62,992 nt of DNA from Armatimonadota bacterium. Its GTDB lineage: Bacteria > Armatimonadota > JAAZEB01. The stretch spans positions 1-62,992 of the forward strand of contig JACQGM010000105.1 of NCBI GenBank assembly GCA_016199585.1, written 5' to 3'. Within the stretch, counting starts at the first letter, position 1. Each line of letters opens with the position of its first letter. Positions 56,001 through 62,912 of the stretch are shown here, piece by piece. The position numbers were made by a program, and so were the translations under genes. Below the pieces are notes generated by a model, which saw nothing but the letters and a program-made list of their open reading frames with translations, did no database searches and was not told the origin of the DNA.

Positions 56001-56648
56001 TCCGTGGCGGCGGCGCCCGCGCCGAAGGCCGCGATTCGGGCGTCTCTGGCGCCGGATGGCACGCTGGCGGGGAAGAACAAGGTGGCCAATGGCGGCTTCG
56101 AGGTGAGTGGCGAGACCGACCCGGAGGCCGCGGGCCTCTGGAGCTTCTGGAGCTCCTACCACTTCGTCAAGTTCCGCGCCAAGTGTCACTACGATACCGA
56201 GGTCGCGCACAGCGGCCGCGGGTCGCTCAAGATCGCCAACACCAACTGGTACGGGGCGGTGAGCCAGGACGCGTGGGCGGTGCAGAAGGTGCCCGGCTCC
56301 TGGGCGAACAAGACGGTGACGCTCTCCGCATGGGTGAAGGCCAACCTGGCCCCGACGCGGGTGCGCCTCTGCATCTATGGGCTGAACCCGAAGTGGGGCA
56401 ACGACTTCGAGGGCGGGGTCTCGCCCGTCTTCGAGATCGGCACGGAGTGGCAGCGGATCACCTGGACGCGCACCTTCGGGCCCGACATCACCGACGTGCG
56501 CGTGATGATGAAGCGCGAGCACCAGGTGTTCGGCGGCGACCTCTGGATCGACGACGTGCAGTTGGAGGAGGGCACGGAAGCCACCGGCTTTGCCCCCGAC
56601 GCCTGGACTCAGGCGGCTGAGGCAAGACGCGCCACGCCGAGGCCGTAA
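53025..56648 (+). CDS. heparinase II/III-like protein H3 (paralog of H1/H2)
   Basis: ORF 52992-56648, with ATG 53025 preferred; the start is uncertain. It has the same architecture as H1 and H2 ('AYEVSAWLRM', 'MFMGHAPGVKF', 'LAHNTITVDDRDQW', 'WIDDVQLEEG'). It also has a complete CxxC...CxxC insert, 'CPVCGAQLRGIVHPDGATEMECPKCG'. Confidence 0.7.
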   Translation: MDDVKITQLRNVCALMGAICVAAGSPGQGAERARGDNLVPNAGFEEETVKAGLPDGWTLSVRPEDTGQTNGQLSRAARSGRYSFCVEQRNGSQGATLISPRFELKAGTAYEVSAWLRMEGGRLPKDTVTLRVTTDGGNRSFDFTATRRWRRATAILLTGAGTTFGNLELQRLADVADRVFIDDVAVRETDAKGGVPVVHKTDLAAFEFARQRPRVEHTAAEIEEMKRSLAGSNVREHEWVKAAEPWLERQLFFYEEGCGPKYYSAGVMCPVCGAQLRGIVHPDGATEMECPKCGKRYREEAHRAVGRAWVNCRQASGAQALGRAYALTGDLRFARRAAEILLGFAGHYKEWGGGHAAHYTLHEPYAFLTPCAAAYDYIYDSGVLSAEERGKVEENLLRVGAEFYSQQGISDRLNNRSAVYSEAVMAIGVAIGDKGFVDHAINNPYAGFHTLAAHLYLPDGLSWEGFGYHTYTVSGLAPIAEKAYRVGINVYGDPAYRRIFEAPLAVLLPGEELIPKDYEVVCRRLAEIGLPLEYPFGAADLPSRMPSHLFDQFGFGVLRRGEGAEQIYLSMEYGKEAMFMGHAPGVKFSPRLFANGRLLTARDTHTYEGELGGGWNRRSLAHNTITVDDRDQWTRTTAGVDPGYAPRKLVAFATAPRVKVVRARDDEVYGGVTLDRTLFLADGYVVDLSGARGSGDSHRFDLSYRIFGKLSCGLPFQPRKGPLGANHGYQYLTDVRSARTAAAWSADWRQAEESALRLSVLGDAETEVLACASPPDDRKPDENGEAIVARRWGEGTVFASVWEPYRDTPRVSRVRRLQVQGAGDSQGVGVEVVQEGQAGADCFLVTYAPGKKRFGDIELDGKIAAGRWRSAPAAPEYLYLVKGVLLKRGAHSIEANAPATLYVEQAAPGRLLVKSGSESAGTLTLRGRLPGAVTVQRDGQPVTVNVAQGRTLTFDVAQDASYDVTGVTEWQRIRLVREGPAEAEEAAAVGAASVAAAPAPKAAIRASLAPDGTLAGKNKVANGGFEVSGETDPEAAGLWSFWSSYHFVKFRAKCHYDTEVAHSGRGSLKIANTNWYGAVSQDAWAVQKVPGSWANKTVTLSAWVKANLAPTRVRLCIYGLNPKWGNDFEGGVSPVFEIGTEWQRITWTRTFGPDITDVRVMMKREHQVFGGDLWIDDVQLEEGTEATGFAPDAWTQAAEARRATPRP

Positions 56649-56659
56649 TCGCCGCCGCT

Positions 56660-56699
56660 CCGGTGGGGCCGGGAAGCCGCTGCGCTCCCGCCCCACCGG
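56660..56699 (+). terminator. hairpin between H3 and C2
   Basis: CCGGTGGGGC (56660-56669) pairs with GCCCCACCGG (56690-56699), and the inner CGGGA/TCCCG extends the stem. Confidence 0.45.
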
Positions 56700-56747
56700 G
56701 GCCACTGCCGCGCTATCGCAAGAGCGGATGAGAAAGGAGTGATTGAA

Positions 56748-58115
56748 GTGCAGAACGTACTACCGGTCGTGCTGGCCCCGGCACTCGTCTTCGGTCTGAG
56801 TCTGAGTGCTATCGCCGCCCCGGCGGATCAGCCCGGCCCGCTGCGCGTCGGCACCGCCACGGCCGACATCACCCCGGAGGCGCCGGCGTGGCTCTACGGA
56901 TTCGGCGGCCGTGACGGCGTGAAGGCCTCGGAGGGCGTAGCCCGGAAGCTGCTGGCCCAATGCGCTGTTTTCGACAACGGCCAGACGCGGGTGGCTCTCG
57001 TGTCTCTCGACCTGGGGAGGATCGGCTACGCTCAGTTGCGGCGGCTCCGCGCGGCCGCCGAGGCTGCCAGCATCCCCCAGCAGCACCTGATGGTGAACGT
57101 TTCGCACACCCACTTCGCCCCCTATGACGAAGACCGGGTACCCGGCGTGCGCAACGGCGAGTACGGGGCGCTCCTGGCGGAGCGCACCCGGGGGCTCTTC
57201 GCCGCCGCGGTTGCGGACCTGCAGCCGGCGCTGCTCGACTTCGCGGTCGGCTCCTGTGTGATGGGGATGAACCGCCGCTACCTGAAGCCGGACGGCACCT
57301 ATCGTGGAGGCCCCGAGCCGCGCAAGCCGATCGATCCCGATGTGCCGGTGCTTCGCGTGCTGGATGCTCAGGGGCAGGTGCGCGCCGTTCTTTTCGGCTA
57401 CGCCTGCCACCCTACCACCGCCGGGGGGCGGGCGATGTTCCTGCTGGGGACGGACTACCCCGGCTACGCGCGCGATTGGGTGGCGGCCGCCTATCCTGGA
57501 GCGGTGCCGATCTTCTTCCAGGGGTGCGGGGGCGACATCAAGCCGCGCTCCATTCGGCCGAGCAACGGGGGGTCTCCCGGACAGTTCCACTGCGTGCTCC
57601 TGAATGAGGAGGAGATGAAGAAGGCGGTGGGATACGAGCTGGGCCGGGCAGTGGTGGCCGCCACCGCAGTGCTGCCTCCCCCCGTTCCCGCGAACCGTCC
57701 GCAGGAACTGGAGGCGGCGCTCGCGGTCCCCGTGCCGCTCGGCGGCATCGTGGAGGCGGTACCGCTGCCCTCCAAGGAACACCCGGGGCAGATGCACACC
57801 TACCCGTGGCACATCGGCGTCTGGCGCATCGGGGACCTCTACCTCTTCGGGAGCCAGGGGGAGCTGCTCAACGCCATCGGGCGGCGGATCAAGCGCGAGA
57901 TGCCGGGCGTGCGCGCGTGGACCTGCGGCTACACCCACTGGGGGAGCGGCTACTTCGCCGACGCCGCCTCCCGTCCGGAGGGCGGCTATGAAGTGGACAA
58001 CACCGCGTTCGCCGTCGAAGCCGAGGAGATCCTGGTCGGCAACGCCCGGCGCTACGTCAAGGAGCTGCAGCGGGATCCGGTCCACGCCGCGCCGGTCCCG
58101 CGTCTGCACCCCTGA
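56748..58115 (+). CDS. ceramidase N-terminal-domain-like secreted hydrolase C2 (paralog of C1)
   Basis: ORF 56739-58115. I prefer GTG 56748, which lies 8 nt after AAAGGAG. Signal peptide 'VLPVVLAPALVFGLSLSAIAAPA'. Motifs: 'GPLRVGTATADITPEAPAWLYGFG' and 'MVNVSHTHFAP'. Confidence 0.65.
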   Translation: MQNVLPVVLAPALVFGLSLSAIAAPADQPGPLRVGTATADITPEAPAWLYGFGGRDGVKASEGVARKLLAQCAVFDNGQTRVALVSLDLGRIGYAQLRRLRAAAEAASIPQQHLMVNVSHTHFAPYDEDRVPGVRNGEYGALLAERTRGLFAAAVADLQPALLDFAVGSCVMGMNRRYLKPDGTYRGGPEPRKPIDPDVPVLRVLDAQGQVRAVLFGYACHPTTAGGRAMFLLGTDYPGYARDWVAAAYPGAVPIFFQGCGGDIKPRSIRPSNGGSPGQFHCVLLNEEEMKKAVGYELGRAVVAATAVLPPPVPANRPQELEAALAVPVPLGGIVEAVPLPSKEHPGQMHTYPWHIGVWRIGDLYLFGSQGELLNAIGRRIKREMPGVRAWTCGYTHWGSGYFADAASRPEGGYEVDNTAFAVEAEEILVGNARRYVKELQRDPVHAAPVPRLHP

Positions 58116-58157
58116 TGGCGGTCGGGCAACTGCCGCCCGTGCCGAGAAGGAAGCGAG

Positions 58158-59630
58158 ATGCCGAACGTCGTCTTCGTGATGACCGACGAACAGAACCTGA
58201 GGGGCGTCTCCTGCTACAAGGGCACCCTCTGCCAGACGCCCTCCGTGGACCGCCTGGCGGCCGAAGGGGTGCTCTTCGAGCGCGCTTACTGCTCCTATCC
58301 GGTGTGCATGCCCTCGCGCGCCGCCTTCATGACCGGGCGCTACCCTCACGTCAACGGGGTCCGGGCCAACGGCCTGACGCTCCCGGACAGGGAGGCGAGC
58401 CTGCCGGCCATCCTCAAGGCCGCGCGCTACACGACCGCCCTGTGCGGCAAAGACCACTGCTTCTCTCACCAGGCGCGCTCCAGGGTGTTCGACTACTCAC
58501 TCACGGCGATGCACTTCGGTCTTCTGGACCCAATCCCCGAGGGCTTCCCGGCTCAGGCGAAGGAGGCCAACAGCTACTACCGGGAGATGCGCAGCCGGCT
58601 CTACTCCCCCTTCGGGAACGAGGTGATCCCGTATCCGCCCGAAGTCTGCGACGCAGGCCTGATCACCGAGGCGGCGATCCGCTTCGTGGAGCGCGTCGGG
58701 AAGTCGCCCTTCTTCCTCTGGCTCTCCTATCCCGGACCGCACTGGCCCTTCACCTGCCCGGAAGCCTACGCCGGCCTCTTCCCGCCCGATAGGGTGGACC
58801 TGCCCCCTCCCGACGACCTCTCGCAGAAGCCCCGGGTCCAGGAAGTGGCCCGGCGGCTGCTCGGCCTGGACAAGGCGACCGAAGCGGACTTCCGCAAGAT
58901 CATCTCCCTCTACTACGGCAACTGCCGCTACATTGACGACCAGATCGGAAGGTTCCTGGCGCGCCTGCGCGCGCTCGCCCTGGAAGAGGAGACGCTGGTA
59001 GTCTTCACGAGCGACCACGGCGACTACCTGGGCGAGCACGGCCTCTTCCACAAGTCACCGTCGGCCTATGACGCGATCACGCGCGTTCCCTTCATCTGGC
59101 GGTGGCCCGGGCACATCCGCGCGGGTGAGCGCCGCCCCGAGTTGGTGGAGGGGGTGGACCTCCTGCCCACGGTTCTGGACCTGTGCGGCGTGCCGGTGCC
59201 GCCGGGCGTTCAGGGGATCAGCCACGCCGAGGCGCTCCTCGGGAGCGCGCCCTATCGTGCCCGCGAAGAGTGCTTCTGCGAGTGTGGCGTGGAAGGCAGG
59301 GCGACCACGCTTGAAGACCTGGCCGCGATGCCGCTCCCCGAAGGCCCCTATTCCGAGTGGGCGCTGGGTGCCTCCGGTGGCGCCGACTACTGGAACGGCC
59401 GGCTGAAGATGGTCCGAACCGACCGGTGGAAGCTCGTCTACTACCGCCGGGGCGAGGGCGAGCTGTACGACATGGACGCCGATCCCTGGGAGCTGCGCAA
59501 CCTGTACGATTCCCCCGATCATCAGGACATCGTGGCGGACCTGAAGGAGAGACTGCTGCGGTGGACCATCGAGAGTGAGGAGACTCTGCCCCCGCTGCGC
59601 GGCTCTTCGAGACAGGCGCCGGGGGGTTGA
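58158..59630 (+). CDS. sulfatase (Cys-type) without a signal peptide
   Basis: 'MPNVVFVMTDEQN' follows directly at the N-terminus. It has the formylglycine motif 'CMPSRAAFMTGRYP', plus 'VVFTSDHGDYLGEHG'. Confidence 0.85.
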   Translation: MPNVVFVMTDEQNLRGVSCYKGTLCQTPSVDRLAAEGVLFERAYCSYPVCMPSRAAFMTGRYPHVNGVRANGLTLPDREASLPAILKAARYTTALCGKDHCFSHQARSRVFDYSLTAMHFGLLDPIPEGFPAQAKEANSYYREMRSRLYSPFGNEVIPYPPEVCDAGLITEAAIRFVERVGKSPFFLWLSYPGPHWPFTCPEAYAGLFPPDRVDLPPPDDLSQKPRVQEVARRLLGLDKATEADFRKIISLYYGNCRYIDDQIGRFLARLRALALEEETLVVFTSDHGDYLGEHGLFHKSPSAYDAITRVPFIWRWPGHIRAGERRPELVEGVDLLPTVLDLCGVPVPPGVQGISHAEALLGSAPYRAREECFCECGVEGRATTLEDLAAMPLPEGPYSEWALGASGGADYWNGRLKMVRTDRWKLVYYRRGEGELYDMDADPWELRNLYDSPDHQDIVADLKERLLRWTIESEETLPPLRGSSRQAPGG

Positions 59631-59735
59631 TCTCCCCGGCCGTGGCGCCCGACGTGCCGGGTGGCCCGGCCCAGCGACCCTCCGGAGGGGCCGGTCCGTT
59701 CCCGGCGCTCGTCCGGCGAGAAAGGAAGGAGAGAG

Positions 59736-61163
59736 ATGCCGAACCTGTTCCGCACCGCAACCATTCTGGCGACGATGCCGCTCGCCACCCTGGCCGCCGC
59801 CCAACAGAGCCAACCCGGGCCGCTCCGCGTCGGCGTCGCCAGAGCCGACATCTCGCCCGAGGGACCGGCCTGGCTGTGCGGCTTCGGCGGCCGCGACGGC
59901 AACAAGCCCTCCGAGGGCACCGCCCAGGATCTGATGGCCTACTGCGTGCTCTTCGATAATGGACAGACCCGCGTCGCCTTCGTCACCCTCGACCTGGTCT
60001 GGACCAGCTACGACCACCTGCTCCGGCTGCGCGCCGCCGCGGAGGCCGCCGGCGTTCCCCAACAGCACCTCATGGTGAACGTCTCGCACACCCACTTCGG
60101 CCCGGCCCTTTCGGATGGACAGCCCGGGCAGCGGGCCACCGAGTACGACGCGCTCCTGGTGGAGCGCACCCGGGCGCTCTTCGCCGCCGCCGTGGCCGAC
60201 CTGAAGCCGGCCCTGCTGGACTACACCGTCGGCGCCTGCGACATGGGCTTCAACCGCCGCTCCTGCTACGGGCCGGGCGGGCGCAAGCCGAACGACCCGG
60301 ATGTGCCGGTGCTGCGGGTGCTCGCTCCCGATGGGAAGGTGCGCGCCGTCCTCTTCGGCTACGCCTGTCACCCGACGACGGCCGGCGGCAACATGCTCTA
60401 CCTGGTCGGTTCCGATTACCCCGGCTACGCGCGAGAGTGGGTGGCGGCCGCCTACCCCGGCGCCGAGGCGATCTTCCTGCAGGGGTGCGGCGGCGACATC
60501 AAGCCGGGGAACGCCGGCAAGCCGAACTCCGTGTGGGAAACGGGTCTGCTCAACCCGAACCAGGCGAAGCAGGCGATGGGCTACGAGCTGGGCCGGGCGG
60601 TGATCAAGGCCGTCGCCGGGCACGGCACGGGCGCCCCCAAGTCGCCCCCCCCGGTGCCCGCCGAGCCGCCCGCCGGCAAGACCCGGGCGTGGCTGGAGAA
60701 GGAGCGGGGCTTCCCGGTGCCGCCGCCGCCGGTGCCCGCCGACCGGCCGGCGGACCCCGAGCAGGCGCTGGCGACTCCGGTGCCCCTTGGCGGCATGGTG
60801 GAGACGATCTCGCTGCCGTCCAAAGCGGATCCGGAGCGGAGAGTGTACATGCTCTGGCACACGGGCGCCTGGCGCATCGGCGACGTCTACTTCTTCGGCA
60901 GCGAGGGGGAGCTCCTCTCCGCCATCGGACGGCGCATCAAGCGCGATCTGCCCGACGTGCGCGTCTGGACCGACGGCTACACGCACTGGGGCGGCGGCTA
61001 CATCCCCGAGGCTGCCACCTACCCGGAAGGCGGCTACGAGGTGGACAACACCGCCTTCGCGCCGCAGACGGAGGATATCCTGGTCGGCAACGCCCATCGC
61101 TACGTCAAGGAGCTGCAGGCCAACCCGATCCACACGGCGCCGATCGCGCGCCTGCACCCGTGA
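59736..61163 (+). CDS. ceramidase N-terminal-domain-like secreted hydrolase C3 (divergent paralog with a Pro-rich insert)
   Basis: ORF 59661-61163, with ATG 59736 after AAAGGAAGGAGAGAG. Signal peptide 'LFRTATILATMPLATLAAAQQ'. Motifs: 'GPLRVGVARADISPEGPAWLCGFG' and 'MVNVSHTHFGP'. Confidence 0.65.
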   Translation: MPNLFRTATILATMPLATLAAAQQSQPGPLRVGVARADISPEGPAWLCGFGGRDGNKPSEGTAQDLMAYCVLFDNGQTRVAFVTLDLVWTSYDHLLRLRAAAEAAGVPQQHLMVNVSHTHFGPALSDGQPGQRATEYDALLVERTRALFAAAVADLKPALLDYTVGACDMGFNRRSCYGPGGRKPNDPDVPVLRVLAPDGKVRAVLFGYACHPTTAGGNMLYLVGSDYPGYAREWVAAAYPGAEAIFLQGCGGDIKPGNAGKPNSVWETGLLNPNQAKQAMGYELGRAVIKAVAGHGTGAPKSPPPVPAEPPAGKTRAWLEKERGFPVPPPPVPADRPADPEQALATPVPLGGMVETISLPSKADPERRVYMLWHTGAWRIGDVYFFGSEGELLSAIGRRIKRDLPDVRVWTDGYTHWGGGYIPEAATYPEGGYEVDNTAFAPQTEDILVGNAHRYVKELQANPIHTAPIARLHP

Positions 61164-61322
61164 GGGGGCGCGGTGGCGCGGAGAGGGAGCACGGGCAAGG
61201 AGAGTGACGATGGCTCGACTGACCGTGCCTCCCGGTCGCTTCCCCGCGCCGCTGCCCCTGCTCTTACCCGGTAGAACACCTGTCGCCTCGAACCCGTTCT
61301 CCAGGCATGCCGCGCTGTCATG

Positions 61323-61351
61323 TTGACAGCGCGCGGCGCCGGGGGTATAAT
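61323..61351 (+). promoter_or_regulatory. perfect consensus sigma70 promoter
   Basis: TTGACA (61323-61328), exactly 17 nt, TATAAT (61346-61351). No convincing protein gene follows for about 600 nt. Confidence 0.65.
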
Positions 61352-61357
61352 GACGGT

Positions 61358-61958
61358 GCGAGTAACGACCGCTCCTCGGTCAGCGGGTGTTCCGCGCCAC
61401 ACGCAGGCTGCCGCCCGCCGCTTCGAACGAAGCCGGCTGACAGGCAGACCAGGCACTCCCGGACGAAGGGTCTGCTCAAAGTGGCTGAGGCCCAGGAGCT
61501 TCTGACGGTATGTGGCGCCAGAGTTCGGACGGGTGGGGAACGTGGGCCGCGACGCAGACGTGCGGGTGCGCGCACGGCGTCGAGTGAAGCCTGTTCCCCC
61601 GCTGGTAAGGGGCGTCTCCAACGGTGCCCTTTCATCCATCCGACCTGGCGCCCGGAGGAACGTATGGACGCTGGCAAACAGGAGCCTCCGAGTAAGGGAG
61701 GCGGCCAGAACCGGCCGTGGCAGAAGCGGTAGCGGCGAGTAGTCCCCCCGCGTGGCCTTCCCCCCTCGCTTCTTCCACGCCAACGGTGTGAAGAACAGCG
61801 AGGGGCGCAGGGAGGCATCCCCACTTCCCATCGCGCTCGGGCCGTCCCGGACGCGCTTCCTGCACCCCTCCAGCCAGGAGTTCTCGGCACGTGCCGACCC
61901 GCGCGCACGTGCTCACGGCGCGGGCCGCCGCCCCGGCGCGCCCGGCGAAGGAGATGGT
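61358..61958 (+). promoter_or_regulatory. long structured non-coding leader or unclassified RNA upstream of the CorA-like gene
   Basis: There is no plausible long ORF; the ORFs of both strands here are Arg/Gly/Pro-rich shadows. Many local helices are visible, for example GCAGACC..GGTCTGC, GGGGAAC..GTTCCCC and CCCCTCGCT..AGCGAGGGG. Confidence 0.45.
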
Positions 61959-62912
61959 ATGAAGGCTGGCTTCGAGCTGGAGCATGGCAGACTGGTCGCG
62001 AGTAATGATCCAGAGGCAACCGTTCTCGTCTATGTCAGTCCCGACGAGGATGAGCGCCGCCAGGTCGTTAAGTCGGAGGAGATGGACGCGTTCGACATCG
62101 ATTCCGCCCTCGACCCGGACGAGGTCTCCCGGGCCGAGCTGACATCCGATCGGCTCTCACTCATCTGGAAGCGGCCCAACAGCACCTCCTGCGACGAGGA
62201 GCTACAGCTCGACGTGTCGTCGCTCGGTCTCTTCCTGCGCCAGGACCGGCTGCTGGTCATCCTCAATGACGGGCCGATCCCCTTCTCGGCGAGGGAGTTC
62301 CAGGGCGTCGAGTCCGCTCCCGACGTCCTCCTGCGGTTCCTGCTCCACACCGTTCGCCAGTACCTCAGCCACCTGAAGGTGATCAAGCAGCTCAGCCGCG
62401 ACCTGGAGTCGAAGGTCAGCGCCTCGATGGAGAACCGCTACCTCTTGCAGATGTTCGCCCTCAGCGAGAGCCTGGTCTACTGCCTCAATGCCATCGAGGC
62501 GAACGGCGCCGCCCTCGTGAAGCTGCGCGGCCTGGCCGACCGGATCGGCCTGCTGCGGCAGCACACCGAAGCCCTGGACGACCTCATCCTGGAGAACCAG
62601 CAGTGCGCCCGCCAGGCGCGCATCTACACCGACGTGCTGGCCGGCCTGATGGATGCCCGCGGAACGATCGTCAACAACAACATGAACGTGCTGCTGAAGA
62701 ACCTCACCCTCATCAATATCATCTTTCTCCCGCTCAACCTTATCGCCAGCATCGGCGGCATGTCGGAATACAGCATGATGACGCGGGGCATCCACTGGCT
62801 CGTCTCCTACGCCGCGCTCTCGCTCGGGATGGTGGTGCTCGGCTGGGCCACCTGGTGGATCCTGGTCCGGGCACTCGACGGCGACGCGCGGCGGAAGCGC
62901 GCCGGGGTCTGA
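61959..62912 (+). CDS. CorA-family divalent metal ion transporter homolog (GMS variant of the GMN motif)
   Basis: ORF 61752-62912, with ATG 61959 five nt after GAAGGAG. It has a soluble N-domain and two C-terminal TM helices, with 'FLPLNLIASIGGMSEY' where CorA has 'YGMNF'. Confidence 0.7.
   Translation: MKAGFELEHGRLVASNDPEATVLVYVSPDEDERRQVVKSEEMDAFDIDSALDPDEVSRAELTSDRLSLIWKRPNSTSCDEELQLDVSSLGLFLRQDRLLVILNDGPIPFSAREFQGVESAPDVLLRFLLHTVRQYLSHLKVIKQLSRDLESKVSASMENRYLLQMFALSESLVYCLNAIEANGAALVKLRGLADRIGLLRQHTEALDDLILENQQCARQARIYTDVLAGLMDARGTIVNNNMNVLLKNLTLINIIFLPLNLIASIGGMSEYSMMTRGIHWLVSYAALSLGMVVLGWATWWILVRALDGDARRKRAGV

Noticed and set aside
37822-61157. Several antisense ORFs of 600-1130 aa (37822-39957, 41228-43276, 43352-45253, 50082-51920, 53319-56705, 56760-58469, 59055-61157).
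   Set aside because: Each lies opposite a plus-strand gene that has a signal peptide, an RBS and family motifs. The antisense translations are Arg/Gly/Pro-rich and lack motifs. They are shadow ORFs of a high-GC genome.
61358-61958. Whether the promoter-driven non-coding region is tmRNA, RNase P RNA, SRP RNA, or a TPP, cobalamin or yybP-ykoY riboswitch.
   Set aside because: I looked for the hallmark strings: GGAAAGTCCGGGC and ACAGAACCCGGCTTA for RNase P, a T-arm plus CCA-proximal end for tmRNA, GGAAGGAAGCAGC for SRP, CTGAGA..ACCTGA for TPP, the B12 box, and GGGGAGTAGC. I found only loose partial resemblances (CCAGAACCGGCC, GGCGAGTAGTCC, CCCGGACGAAGGG). No known class can be asserted by eye.
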